Shown here: positions 38,536 through 52,997 of the stretch, in pieces | How positions within the stretch are numbered: the first letter of the stretch is position 1 | How the letters are laid out: every line of letters starts with the position of its first letter | From: Antedon mediterranea | Lineage: Eukaryota; Animalia; Echinodermata | Assembly (NCBI RefSeq): GCF_964355755.1 | Contig: NC_092677.1 | Coordinates: 25,903,175 to 25,967,174 of the forward strand | Length of the DNA stretch: 64,000 nt | Direction of reading: 5' to 3' | Translations under genes and position numbers: made by a program | Notes under the pieces: model-generated | The model's database searches: none | The model's input: only the letters and a program-made list of their open reading frames with translations | What the model was told of the DNA's origin: nothing

Positions 38536-41500
38536 TTATTTCTTTGGCGTTGAACGTCCTTTGTTTGGTGTCTTCAATCTTGAGGGAGAAGAATATGTTG
38601 GAACATCCTATGATAATAAAAAAAAATATCCCTGTGATATTTATGCATATTAATCACACAAATTATGACCAGAACTGTAATTTAGTGACATATAATGGAT
38701 AAACGCAGAAAAGTATTAAGGAAAATATTAACCTCGTATTGAGCAAGTTTTTCTCTCAGCATGGTCACTTCAGCACTGTCTGTTTTCTTGGTGGCAGTGC
38801 CCAGCTCAACTGAGCGTACACGTTGCGCAAAGCTGAGACTGCACTGCGTCTCACCGGCGTTCTTGAGTACGGGAGATACTTGCACTACCATTAACGTCTT
38901 GCTATCACCACCTGTAAACAAAATAAAGGTGTGTTGTGTTAAAACGGAGCTCTGGTGTTTAGGACATTTTTACTATAATACAGAAAGACTCTGGTTCAAT
39001 TTTCAATTTGGGATGACTCCCAGTCCACTCAGCTGTAAATGAGTACCTGATTTAAAAATACTAGGAAGGATAAGCATGTAACACCACTAATACCAATGGT
39101 CAGATGAAAACATTTCTTACTTACCTAGAGAGTCTTGTAAAAGATACGTCAGCTTTGAGTTTCTGTAAGGTATGTGATTTTGTTTGTTTCTGAGAGCTTG
39201 TATTACATCGCCCAATGATGAAAGGCTTTTGTTAATATTCTGAGCTTCTTTCAGTCTTGTCGTGTCAGTCCCTGAGCCTGATTTGTCGACACGTTCTGAC
39301 CCGGCTAAATCTACAAGGTTTAACTTTCCTGCAGTAAGTAAAGAAAATGACGTTCAATGTGAGTCTGAATCAAATTAAAAGACTAATTTATTTAAGAGAG
39401 TTTTGTTGAAGAATGCACTTCTAGAAGTATCATTGGTTTTTACAGGCATGCATAATTGTTATTAATATATTAAACCAAGAGGACAGTTTAATAACACACC
39501 TATGGTCTTAAATTATCTTTTGTACTTACCGTTACTCCTAACACCTGTTGTTTTATTTTTGCCTGATATAGAAACGCACAGCAAAGCGTGTGACCGAGAA
39601 CTGTGCTCATTCATATCGGTACACGCCGTCGCTCTGTTTCTCTTGCCTATCTTGAAAACATCGTTCACGTCTTCAACGCACTTGACTTCCGTCTTGGTTA
39701 GTCCTGGTACATGGAGACCACCCTCTGGGTTCATTTTAATGTCTAGCTTCATGCTTGGATCAGAACCCAAAAGATCCCTATTGAGAATTGTTAAAATAAC
39801 TGAGTTCGTCATCATGTTCAAGTCAAATTGAGAAAATCATTAACAGATTTATATTAATCCAAAGTTTATATTGGTATAATTGTATATTTTTGTGATTATT
39901 TAAGAGGGAGGCGACTTTATTATTCACTAGCCTTAACGGCTGTGTGTTTATCTGGCTTCTCTGGGAGACTTGTTTCTAAACTGTCATTAAAAAGTCAGCC
40001 AGTTAGACCAGTTGAAAAACCAGTCATATCAGTTGATTGCCAGTTAGAAAAATGGAATGGCAAAATGGAGAAAGAGAGTCATATTTTCATTTTCATTAAC
40101 TGTCAGCCAGTTAGACCAGTTGAAAACCAGTTAGACCAATCAAAAAATCAATTATACCAGATTGCCAGTTAGACAAGTAGACATACCGCAGTGTTTCGTT
40201 ATAAATTTCCATAACACTGACACAAATATTATATTCCCATTCTTTTTCTCTTTCCTCTATCTCAAGGAACAATTGACGAAGTGCCCTCTGATTGAGTCCA
40301 GGATCTGTGGGTGGACCTTCCATTGTGTACGTTTTCCCGGAACCTGTCTGTCCGTAAGCGAAGATACAGACGTTGTAACCATCAATACTGCTGATAATTA
40401 ACGCCTGGGCTTGTTTGAACACCTATAAAAGGAAGCAAAAAGAAAGTGAAAATTCCTGCATCGGAATGGTATGGTCATTTAGTCCCATTTATTAGTAATG
40501 CTTTCTTTAATGGTTTCTAGTGTCAAAAGGGCACTTCAAGACTTCTGATACACTAACCTCCTCTTGATTGGAAGAAGCCTGGAAAACTTTATCAACATCA
40601 TACGATGTCTGCCGTCCTTTGTTGGTCACATAAATGAGGCCATCATCGTCCCTATCATATGACACCACATTCTTCGCATGTGCACCTCCGCCATCTTCTT
40701 TAATAATTGGTCGGACACGACAGAATACTCGGATGTTTCCTTTGAGATCGACAAGTTCATTATGGTATTTCTTTCTCAATGTCATCTCCTTTTTATATTT
40801 TCGCACCAGCTCTTTGTTGTTATCATCAATCCCCGCAATGGCTTGACCGATTTCGTTTTTAGTTTTCTGGATGGCGTTGGCAAGCATTGTTGGGAATTTG
40901 CTGCATAACTGTCTCAGCTGCTGGTACTCCTTGGCAAGATCCAGCAGTCCGGGACGAATGTCTTGGAACTTCTTGTGCATGTTGTCAAATTTGGACTGCA
41001 TCAGCCGAACCTTTTCTTCAGATTCAGCTTCGGTTTCTGCAACTGCTTCCTCTTTGCCAAGGATCAGTTCTTCTATTTGCTCTTCTGTTTGACGTTTTAT
41101 TTGAACCATCTCCTTTTCCTGTTCTGAAATCTGTTAAAGTTAATCATGTATGATTAGTTAAATCAGTAAATTAAATTGTCACTCTAAAGCTTGGTTCCCA
41201 CTAGGATGCAATGCAATGATAAGTGAGTTGACCAATGACAAAGCGTGCGTTGTGAACTAAGCTTTCGCTCTCTGTAAAATGTCTAGATGTTACCTTTTGT
41301 TCAAGAAGTTGGCTCTCTTTCCTCGTCTGTTTAAGTTGACTCTCTGTGTCAGCGTACAAGTTCTTCAGTTGGTTCAATTGACCTTTCAACTTGATGACCA
41401 TGGTCTGGGAAGCAGTGAGTTGTTTCTTTGCTATATCAGATTCCACAGTGACCGTCTTGGTAACCTCAACAATCTGTTGAATAAAGAAGTAAACAGTCTT

Positions 41501-44500
41501 AGGGTTGGAAAATAATTTACAAATCACGAGTTTGACGCTGTTACAGCTTAAGTGAAAAAATTCCAAATGATTTTTGAAATATTCTTCAATTGGAATAGTA
41601 TTCAAGTAATTTATATATATGTTGATATAAAGTTTGCGGTGTACACCATGTAATTGGTTCTGAAAAGAACTGTTGAGTTTCTCGACGTTATATATTTATT
41701 AAATTTATAATATTTCCATCTTTTTTTCTAAAATTGATTTTGAAAAAAAAATAACATGAACCTCTGGGTTTTCCTTGAGGTATTCGAGTTCATCCTGCAC
41801 TTCCTGTAGCTTTCCTTGCAGCGTGTTGATCTCTACGCGTGCTTCATTTAAGTGCTCTTCGTGCGTTTCCAACTTTACGATACGGTCACGCAGCTTAGCG
41901 TTGTCCTCCTCTAATAACTGAAATTTTAAAATTGTGATATAGATAAATTTTAATAATATATTCAGGTGTTTATCTAAAGCTGTCTACACTATCAAACTTT
42001 GTGACAAACAAATGTGATGTTCCCATATATGGACATGATGATGTCATATCACTACCATATTTAGGTATATCACTACCATATTTGGGCACATTACCAAAAC
42101 CCTTCAAAGGCTGTGCATGATATCTCAATTCTGTATCTAGGTTTGATTGCCTTGGGCTGTGTAAGATATCATGATGGGGCTTGGCAGACATTTTAAAATA
42201 AAAAAATGGAAAATAAAAAGAATAAATTAAATATATACAGTAATAAAATATTAGCGAAGTGGTAATTTTGCAAAAAAAGAAATTTAAATTTGCTTTTATA
42301 GATTTTTCCCCTCAAATTTAGTCAAAAAATATAAAAAAATAAATAAATAATTAGGATGAATAATTACACACACTATGAATATGAAATGATGATTAATATG
42401 AATAATCTCAAGAACACAATATCCAAGCATTCAATATTGTACTAATATAATTACTTAATATTATGTATGCGCTCACAGCGAATGAATTCTAAATGTGTAC
42501 AGAGGTAGAGAATGTTTATATTAGGGATATAAACATGTTTAATTAAATCATTATGAGAACGGTTAAAGCTGTATGTATGTATGATGTAGGTAATTTTGCT
42601 CACAGATTATAATATAACATTGTCCACATGGCCCTAGCCAGCATGAGGCAGATGAGGACATTTTTGATTTTCACTCCCCTCCCCAATTCTCCAGCAAAGA
42701 TCTTCATATTTTATATTAATAATTATATTTAAAGCATCTTTTCCTCGTCTGTTTTTAACCTCTCGCTTTAAATGCCTTGTGTACATAATATTAGGATAAT
42801 AACATTTTACATATTAGGATAACATTCCACATACTGTAAGCGAACAATTTGTACATAATAAATTTATATTAATTTGATAAAAAAAAACTATGCAACGTTG
42901 ATATTTAAGCAGCTACTCTAACTTGAATTGACATGTATGCTTAATTTATTATATAGCATTTGCTACAATAATAAATATTATATTACTGGCATAGCTACAC
43001 AACTACAATATGAGTCACCAATCATACACTTACGCCAATGTAATCCATTGTAATAATCCTTAATAGCACAAGCCATCCTTTCCAGTTTCCATAATATTAT
43101 TAATAATCAAATAATTATGACCAAACACCATGCTTAAACCTTTAAACTATGTGATACACAACAGATATGACTGTAAAATCCTATCATATCACTACACTGC
43201 TAAATATTAACATCCGATATGATCCTGTTTAGAAGCGGACGACAGCAGGTTATAGCGGACGACGACACCAGTTGTTGTTTAATCAATAGAATTGTACTTT
43301 ACCAAATCATCTTGGCTGCTAAAAGAACGTGCATTCACACAGCTGTGCAGTGAGGCGTATCGAGCGAAGAGATATGTAATTACCTATGGTAATTAGATAC
43401 TAATAATACATATAAACAGACAATGTGGGGACTGTAGCATTGTTACTGTACATACCTCTAGTAAGAAAACATACTTGTGATATTTGTCATCTATTGTTTT
43501 TAATTAAACCATAGAGATATTATAATATAATATCTCTATGATTAAACAATACAGGACTGATGGCGAAAATATTTAAATTCAATTCAATTGAATTATTTTA
43601 TTTCGTCAAGTACTCTGGCTCGAAAATTATCTTTGTCACGTATATAAAAACATTTTAAACACATAAAAACAAATTGCTGCACTATGTTAAAATAGCCATT
43701 ATTACCTATTGAATACAAATCATTATTCTACTCCTTTATATAAAACGAATTTATAAAAAGCGAGGATAAAGTTAAGTCCTTCTTTTGGATTGTAAAATTT
43801 AGGGGCCATTTCTGGATCCACCTATGAGCCCCTCCTGAAGTCCTAGTAAAACATAATAAAAAAGATAAAAACAACTGTATTACCTTGTATTCATCAGCGA
43901 ATTTGACAATACGTTGTGAAGAGGACGATGTGTCCAAATTTTTTTTTGCTAAAAAATTAAGGGGTTCAGGACCCCCGTCCTCGCCCCTTCCTAACTGGTT
44001 GCGCCCCTGCCCTCCTGAAGTCCTGGAAAACATAATAAACAAGATAAAAACAGCTTAATTACCTTGTATTCATTGGCAGCTACTTTTTCTCCACATTGTT
44101 TCCTCAAACTATCAATCTCTTTTTCATTTTCTGCTGTCTCTTTCTGAATTCTTTTCAGTTGATCTTCCAGTTGCGTCACCATACTCTTTAATTTATGTGC
44201 ATGTTTTCCTTCTTTCTGTGCTTTTGTAAGTTCCGCTACGAGGTCGTCATTCTTTGCTGCCACTTGTTTAATCTCTTCAGAGTCATCTCTGGATTCCTTA
44301 AGGTCTTTCTGACTTTTGATGAGTTGCTCTTCTAGTCTTGTAAGCTCTTTCTGACTATTGCCGAGTTGTTCTTCTAGTTTTGTAATAGTACTTTGGAGTT
44401 TTTGTACTTGTTTGTTCTCTTTGCCGGCTTTTGTTAGATCTTTCTGCAACTGAGCGTTGGTCACCGTTAGTTTGAGAACCTCTTCTCGGTCTTGTTTGGC

Positions 44501-47500
44501 ACTTTCAAGCTCCTTCTGAAGTTTTAAGTTCATTTGTTTTAAGTTTTTGACTTCCTTTTCGCTGTCTGTTATTCCACGTACACTCTGTAAATGTATAAAA
44601 TATAAACAAATTATATTTCATACTAAACGAAGGATTTAGGATTTGCTTTTATCTGTTTTAAATTGAACAAAATGTGAATTAATTACCTCCGAATGACCGT
44701 TTGAAATGTTTGCATTTCCTTTCATTGCAGACTTTAACTCCTCCTCTAATTCTTGTCGTTCTTCCTCGTGATCTCTCTGTAAATTTGAAATTTCATTTTC
44801 CAAGGAGAAAACCTTTCCCCTTATCTTTGCATTTTCTGTGTGTTGTTTGTCCAAGTCATCCGTCAACCGCTGGATTAAGACAGAAACTTTCTCCGACTTA
44901 GGCTGAGGACTTCTGGTCCCTGAAATGCAATTTAAAATTAGGCTTTAAGTATGGTACTATCAAAATGTTCAATAGCAATTACCATACTCTTGCTTACCAC
45001 AGTTAAACGAAGCAAAGCTATGCTTTCTAAGCTAAATCACTACCATATTTGGGCATATCACTACTATATTTGGTAGTAATACATACCTTTAACTTCTCCT
45101 TCAAGTTCGTATATTCTAGTTTCCTGCTCTTCAATAACGTCCTGTAAATTCTTAATGACACCTCTCTTGTCGTCCAAGTGCGTTTCATGCGTCTTGCGCA
45201 TTATTTTTATCTGCTGCCATTTACTAGTTTGTTCTTTCTCACTACGCTGTTTATATTTGTTCGTACTTTCTCGGAAATTCTAGAAAAGTAAAAATAAATG
45301 CTTATTTATTAATATTTATTACTTGATATGATGTCCTGTATAAAATGTTTAAACAATTTTTTTAGGATACAAAATTGCCATTTAATATTGTTCATTGCTT
45401 ATTTTACTTCTTGGTTATTAAGCTCTGCCTACACTATCAAAATAATGTGCCCATATGATGATGTCATATCACTACCATATTTGGGTATATCACTACCATA
45501 TTTTGGCATATCACTACCATATTTGTGTCAAACTAATTTGAGCTTTAAGTTTATGTACCTTCACTTTTAGCAAAAGGTCTTCTCTTTGATGATTCAATTC
45601 ATCTATTTCTTTCTTCATTGCTTCATACTTAATTAGCGTTGCATTGTCTACAGAAAAAAAGAGAACAAAATGTCAAAGGTTAACTAAAACAGAGTCGTAA
45701 ATGATATTAAACAATGTGCTACAATTTCAGACTTTAAATCCCAACTCACCAAACATTGGATCTCAAAATATTAAGTTGTAATTGTTTATATTATTTATAT
45801 TAGCAATAAAATAAACTAAATTGAGTCTGTTTCATATCAAAGTTATTCACTTCTGTAAGAAAAGAAACGTTTAATTATTATAACTCAAAAACCACATTGT
45901 CTGACAGACAATTGAGGTATTTTTTGCTTTTAATTACATTTTTTCAGGTAAAATAACTATTATGTGACAATAAAATGACACATTCAAAAACAAATTTGAA
46001 ATAAAAAATATTTTTCAGAGGGACAATATATCTTTAAAACTGTTACGTCAATAAGCGAGCAGCGTTTTTTGTAAGAAATATTTCTTGTTTATTCAATGCA
46101 GCTTATTCTTAATTGGCGTATCCCATTATAACTTTGTTTTGTTTTCAATTAATTTGTGCTACTTAGTTTTGTTATTTTTGTATTTTATAATAATGATGGA
46201 GTAAGAGCAGTTTTTCTGTTTGGGCTGAATCCCTATTACTTGCTCCTGGCAAGATGAAATGTAAAACATTCATCTAAGAAGTTTTGCCGAATAGATATTA
46301 TTATTATTATTAAATAACAGTAATTGTTATCAGTATTTCTTTCAATTCTTTGTTAAAAAAACCATTAAAAATGCAGATTGGAAAAAACGCCATAGGCTCT
46401 GTAAAATACTGTTAAAACGATTGTTACTATGAGTCAATAAGGGTGCTATCACTTTTTTTTGTAACATCAAATTCATAGACTCCAATTGTTTTCAATGACT
46501 TCGCTTAGTACCACAGAATCAAGAAAACACTACATACAGTTAAATTAAATATTTTCCTTTTTGTAGTCAATTATTATACTAATTTGCAAATAATTTATAT
46601 TTGACCTTTGACCAATTCATCTTCGGAATCTGAGTCTGTATCGGAGGCTAAACTTTCTGTGTAGCTTGTAGTATCTTCAGCTGAAAAAAATAGATTTAAT
46701 GTTATTGATATTATTCAATATTACTTATAAAAAATAAAAAAATAAAATTATTTTATAGTTAATTCTGAATTAAAAATTATCTTCAACTGAAAAAACAGTA
46801 GATTTTAATGTTATTGATATTATTCAATATTGCATTAAAAAAAAGATAAGTAATGAAACAAAAAAATAATAATAATTTTATAGTTCTGAATTAATAATTT
46901 AAGATTTTGAATGTATCCCCCTCCCCGCACCTAATTGACCCCTAATTGACCCCTTGATAATGAATACATTTTTCAGGAGAAAGCATCTGGAGAGATAAGT
47001 TCTATGTAACCTGTTGCCAAGCAATACATGTTTGAAGTGTGTAAGTAGGCAAAATTTATACTGATTTCTTTTTAATGTCAACATGAATAATGTAAGTAAT
47101 GCCAAATTGATGTGACTGTATACTGCATATAATTACCAATTTACCATACACAGTAAAGCTCTATCTACACTATCAAACTAGTTTGACAACAAAAGCGTGA
47201 TGTACCTAAATATGATAATGATATGCCTAAATATGGGAGTGATATGACATCATCATGTCCATATATGGGCACATCACATTTTTTGTCACATAAAAGTTTG
47301 ATAGTGTAGACAGAGCTTAACACATTTAATGGGGAAAGAGGACTTGCTCTCTGCATTAGGCCCATTCATTTGAATATAAGCCCAGTTTTTGCTGAAGGTT
47401 GATGATTTATATACTCGTTCATTTAGAAAATTTATCAAAGAAATTCAATCTTCGCCCAGTTTTTTAACTGTTGTTTAATAAAACTGTACACTGAATATTG

Positions 47501-50500
47501 GATTTTTAGATTTGGTGTCAATATGGAGCTGCTGTATGTATTTAAGTTTAGCAGTAGGCCCTACTATAAAAGGTATCAATTTATGATAACACTCTGTGTA
47601 ATTTATACTAAACATACGGTCTCTCCTCAATTGTATGGAGCCATATTGTATCTGTGAACTTATCATTTTATATATTTGATTTGATTCTTTTTCAAGGCCT
47701 CAATATGGCTTCAATCGGACCACATGCTGTATATAATCAACAATCAAATTGTTACTAAGCAACCTTAAACTATAAAGCAAAGGTGCTTTACAGCACAATG
47801 TAGAAAACAAATAACAAAAGTCAGGAATAACACTTTAGCTACAAAAACCATTTGTTAAACTTTTGTATACCTAATTTCCTTTTACAATGTCAGAGGCATT
47901 TCATTCCCTATAATTTCAATCAAAGGTTTTAACTTACAGCCCTAAAATGGCACTCTGAAATGGACGGGACAAAAATAAGCTACGTAGGCCAAAAATAATT
48001 TGATTTTTTAAAAATATTTTTAGTGGAAGTGGAAGTGGAATCGAGAATTAGATGAGTATTGTAAGTCTAAAAAATGATAACCATTTTACATTTCATCCTT
48101 CATTAGAACATTGTCATTAATTCATTATTATGACGGGCCGCCTATAGGTACTGTATGAAATTTGATGAATTAGGGGATGGGATTATTACTCTCGGATTGC
48201 ATTTACAATGGATTGGCCTAAATTAGGAGGTGGGATTATACTTGAGCATAGGCTTATACTTGAGCATGGGATTATACTTGAGCATGGGATTATACTTGAG
48301 CATAGGGTTATACTTGAGCATAGGGTTATACTTGAGCATAGGGTTATACTTGAGCATAGGGTTATACTTGAGCATAGGGTTATACTTGAGCATAGGGTTA
48401 TACTTGAGCATAGGGTTATACTTGAGCATGGGGTTATTACTTGAGCATGGGATTATACTTGAGCATGGGATTATACTTGAGCATGGGCTTATACTTGAGC
48501 ATGGGATTATACTTGAGCATTGGATTATACTTGAGCATGGGATTATACTTGAGCATGGGATTATACTTGAGCATGGGATTATACTTGAGCATAGGGTTAT
48601 ACTTGAGCATGGGATTATACTTGTGCATGGGATTATACTCGAGGATGGGGTTATTACTTGAGCATGGGATTATACTTGAGCATGGGATTATACTTGAGCA
48701 TGGGATTATACTTGAGCATAGGGTTATACTTGAGCATGGGGTTATACTTGAGCATGGGGTTATTACTTGAGCATGGGGGTATACTTGAGCATGGGATTTG
48801 AGCATGATGTTATACTTGAGCATGGGGTTATACTTGAGCATGGGATTTGAGTATGATGTTTATACTTGAGCATAGGATTTGAGTATGATGTTATACTTGA
48901 GCATGGGGTTATACTTGAGCATGGGGTAGGCCTATACTCAATAAATAATCATTAATTAACACAAGAACATTACACACATTCAGTCAAGCAAACCGCAATT
49001 GAGGAAACTCAGTGAAATCAGTTGTGTTGCCTTTTTAGGTATAGATCTTTTCTGGTGGTTTTTTTTATAGGCTTTACTAAACAAATATTTATTTCACAGT
49101 TGTAATATCTGATATAGCTGGTTACCATGGCATCAATGTCAACAAATGATAAAGGTTTGGCAGGGATTATAATAAATAGTTGTGATTCCATATACAGTTC
49201 CACAGGATATTATAGCCTACTTTGTCCTAAACCTTTGAAATCTTTTAAGTCTGCTTTTAGGGGAAACTGGTATAAAATTGTATTGACAATACTATTGTCA
49301 TCGCCTGAAAATAACATACAATGGTTATTGTCTTTTGATACAATGAAGTTTTCTTTTTGGTACACAACTCCATTTTAATAAAACTGACCTGATTAAAAAA
49401 CTATTTATTTATAGGAAGAAGAATTTGATTCAGACAATATATTTGGTGATTGTTTTTTTTTTTGTTAAATAGAAACAGGTTAGTCAGAGCATTGCAGTTC
49501 AATGAAATACCACTATGGCATCATAGAGTTTGTTAAATCTTGGAAAGAGTGTAAAATTGCCTCATTACATCTGTATTTATCTTTAACCTTTTGAACTCAT
49601 TCATGAAAAGAATATGTGCTCGCATAATGTATTCCTGCTGGGCATATAGGTAACATAAAAGGTAGCACTGTTTTGAGCTTATAATTTAATTTAATTTGTA
49701 ACATATGTGGAGTTGATACAGTGTTAATACTGTGCTGTTAAGTATCTTTACAATGAGAAATCCAGGTATCAGAATTTAATTAGTCACCATAATATACTAA
49801 TAGCGATTGATAGATATCTTCTAATTAAAGGGTATGGATTTTCTATTGTTTAACGTTTAGAGTGTTACTCATGCAGTATATTGATTTTTTGTTAAGAAAA
49901 CGTAACAGATTTTTCTGACTAAACTCCATTGTCATAATTATAATACAAAAACGTTACGTTTTACATGTTCTGTCTCTATTAAATTTAAATTGTGGTAACA
50001 TTCTTTGGAACGCAGACATTTTAAAAATGGGTTAAATATCGACACCCGATTGTGAAGTGAACACCTACAGTAGCTTCATATTTGCATGTAAAAGCAACCA
50101 GTTTCTCTTAGAATGGAGATATAAAGTTGCATATAAAACACTTTATGCATGATTGTCCAAATATTGTAGATTTAATTAAATTGAGAACTGACAACATGAC
50201 AAACAGTGACAGCAAATATAAACTTGTGTTTAAAATTTAGTCGATAACATCTGTTTATATTTGTTTACTGCACTTTATGACTAACTCGGAATCTGAACTG
50301 CCCAGCTATTATTGAAGTCTTTGTTAAAAAACAAACTTTCAAAATGAGTTCTGATAAATTTAAGAAAAATCTATAGGCCAATGTGAATTGTCTAAAACAA
50401 TTCCATTAAAAAAAATATTATATATTATTTATGTAATATGGTAAGATTACAATGAAAACTTGACTCATTTTTAGAACGTTTTACAATAAGGCCATGTATC

Positions 50501-52180
50501 TTGAAAGTAAACACATTATCAATCAAAGTTCGAAAATATTTATTTCTTGAGATATTTATTTCTTGAGAATGGAAAGTTTTAGTCCAAAAATAAAAAAAAA
50601 ATTATTTTCCTACACATTGTTTGAGAGTAATGGTCACTTCTACACTATGTCTAAAGCTCTGTACACTATCAAACTAGTTTGAAAAAAAAGTGGGATGTAC
50701 CCAAATATGGTAGTGATATGATCAAATATGGTAGTGATATGACATCATCATGTCCATATATGGGCACATCACATTTTTTTTGTCACAGAGCTTTATGAGT
50801 GATTAGATTAGTTTAAATGGATGTAATATTTTTATAAAATTTGTATTAACAACGCGAGTTAATATTATGACAAAATGTTGAATTAAGGAACATGATGTAA
50901 TAAGATGTATCGTGGTTAAATAGGAGCAGGTGTTGTATTCAAGTTCAGTAGACGTTTACAATATAGACTTAAACGTAAATTATTGTTCAATATTGATCTG
51001 TGATAATTAAGTTGATTCATGTGTTGAAATGTAGATGATGCAGTTTACAATGAAATGTAGGTCTATGTTGAACAATTAGAAGCCTGACACATTTAATAAA
51101 TCAAGGAAAACATGTAGAGTTTATTGGCGTAACAGCTATGAGCGCTTACTGGCTAAACTCATGGGCCCCAGAGCAGTGCCCAGAGGAAAAAACAGGCATT
51201 CAAATATTTGAAAAAGGGCTAAAAACGCCCGATGCCTCCAGCGTTGGAGGTCCACTTATGGTTTCTAAACCAGGGGCCTCGGGCCTCTGTGATACGCCAC
51301 TGGTAGGGTTGGCAGGAATTAGATATTTTTGGTCAATTTTTTTTGTTGTGGGCAATTATTTATGCATATTGTATGTGATATTTTTAACACTCTTTTGGTA
51401 ATGGAATTCTGTGTGATAAGTCTTTAAGAAAATAGGGTTGGCAGGAGGAATAAGACAGTTCATTTTTGGTCAATGCTTGTTATGTTGTGGGCAATATGCA
51501 TATAATGATATTCTAAGTACGTCCTCTGGGTTCTAAACTTAACTGGGTGAAAAGGCTTTAAGAAAATATACAGTAGGTATGATACGGTTTGGGTGCTAGC
51601 TTGGTGTTTTTGTCTTTTTGTTCTCTTCATTTTGGTTTCTCTTTATTGTCGAGCGCATAGAGACATCGTTTATTTGCGCTATATAAATCTATCTATCTAT
51701 TATTATTAGGGTTAGTTAGTTAGTAGGAAGACTTGTTGATGTAGGTAATATGCATATTTGTATAATGAGATCTAAAGCATGTCCTGGGTACTGAACTTAA
51801 CTGGCTGATAAGGTATTCAATACACTGGGTGTATTGATGCAAATAAGATTATAACATTCCTAATTCAATACACTTATTATACACCAGGGCCTCTACACAA
51901 TGCCCCTTCTATCGGCACACTCACTGCAACTTATTCAACACAGGTCTCTTTATCATCTTGCCATTGTACGTTCACTGATGCATTTAATTATATATCTTTA
52001 TTGAAATCTTTAGTATTAATAGTCTACTTTTTTTAAATAAATTAATAAAAAAGTATAGAATGTAGTAAGACTTACCTGAAAATCCCAACTCGGCCATCAT
52101 AACCTCTGTCTTGGAGGGCGTTGGGGAGGGCCTACCCTGACGGGTGTATGTTTTTGGGGTGTGAAATATTGGTTCTCCAT
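38536..52180 (-). CDS. KIFC3: Kinesin-14 with long N-terminal coiled coil and C-terminal motor, KIFC3-like
   Basis: About 14 coding exons, from [10 protein letters not shown] (52180-52076) through coiled-coil exons (46680-41294) to motor motifs [79 protein letters not shown]; stop at 38536-38538. The N-terminal exon linkage is phase-consistent but less certain than the motor. Confidence 0.88.
48230..48926. repeat. 18-bp minisatellite (TTATACTTGAGCATGGGA / ...AGGG)n in a kinesin intron
   Basis: More than 30 tandem units; source of the ILEHG / MLKYNP spurious ORFs. Confidence 0.97.
49100..49800 (-). mobile_element. Possible highly decayed CR1-group LINE RT/C-terminal remnant
   Basis: Broken minus-strand peptides such as LYDAIVVFH resemble the LYxxLVxPHLxY segment of CR1-group RTs; many stops. 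Confidence 0.3.
51124..51302 (-). mobile_element. CAGTGGCGTA-terminated MITE, free-standing copy of the element inside the Ig ORFs
   Basis: Reverse complement aligns by eye with 53366-53539 (GAGGCCC..GGCCCCTGGTTTAG.AACC..AAGTGG.CCTCCA...); a partial copy also lies near 12193. Confidence 0.75.
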
Positions 52181-52997
52181 TGACACCTCTCGGGCTCTGT
52201 AAGTAGGATAATTCAAGTATATGTACATTTTTGTATTCACCTCATTTATGTCCACAAAACAAGTTCAAAAGGATTCATATACTTGTGTGTGAGCTGGTGG
52301 TGGGTAACTGTGGAGGTGGGGATAGAGGTGGTCCCATTGCTTTTTGACAATCTGAACTTATAATTGATCCTAATCAAATGTTTACCCCCCTCCTCCCCCC
52401 CCCCTCCACCCCCCTCAATATAATCTTGATATAACATTGCCCATACAGTATGTAGACATATATAGTAAAGGTACTATCTTTTCAATGTCTGACAGTTGGG
52501 AAAAACCAGTGACCAGATTTAAATGCAATAGGGAAATGTTCTTTCCTATTGCCAGAATCATGATTTCATTACCTAATATAGGGATAGAAAGTTTCAACCC
52601 ACACATCAGATCCAAGAACTAACTACTGTAACAAGGTAAGTACGTTTAATTGGCTGTATCTGTACAAAACATGTATATACTTTTGATTGAAAGAGAACTA
52701 TAGAATCGGTCTTTAATCATAGAGTCCATGCTTTAATTTAAACCATCCATTATTTATATAGTTTAGCCTTCTTTAAAGCTCACCACTGTAGGCCTGTAGC
52801 AGGCCTATACACAGTAGTAGCCCTACTGTACCTATGTAGATCAATATAATGTTGTTTTTTCTGGGAGGAAACATTTTTTGTCATGTATTCATTAGTAAAA
52901 CAACTTATGAATAAGTTTTGTGTGACATTTGAAATTCTATATTATTTTTTAAAAATGTTTGTCCTTTTTTCTATAAGAATCTGTACAATATTTCACA

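Noticed and set aside
48208-48841. ILEHG / MLKYNP / GLYLSM repeat ORFs and a superficially CRISPR-like regular array
   Set aside because: An 18-bp head-to-tail repeat with no unique spacers, in a eukaryotic intron with no cas genes.
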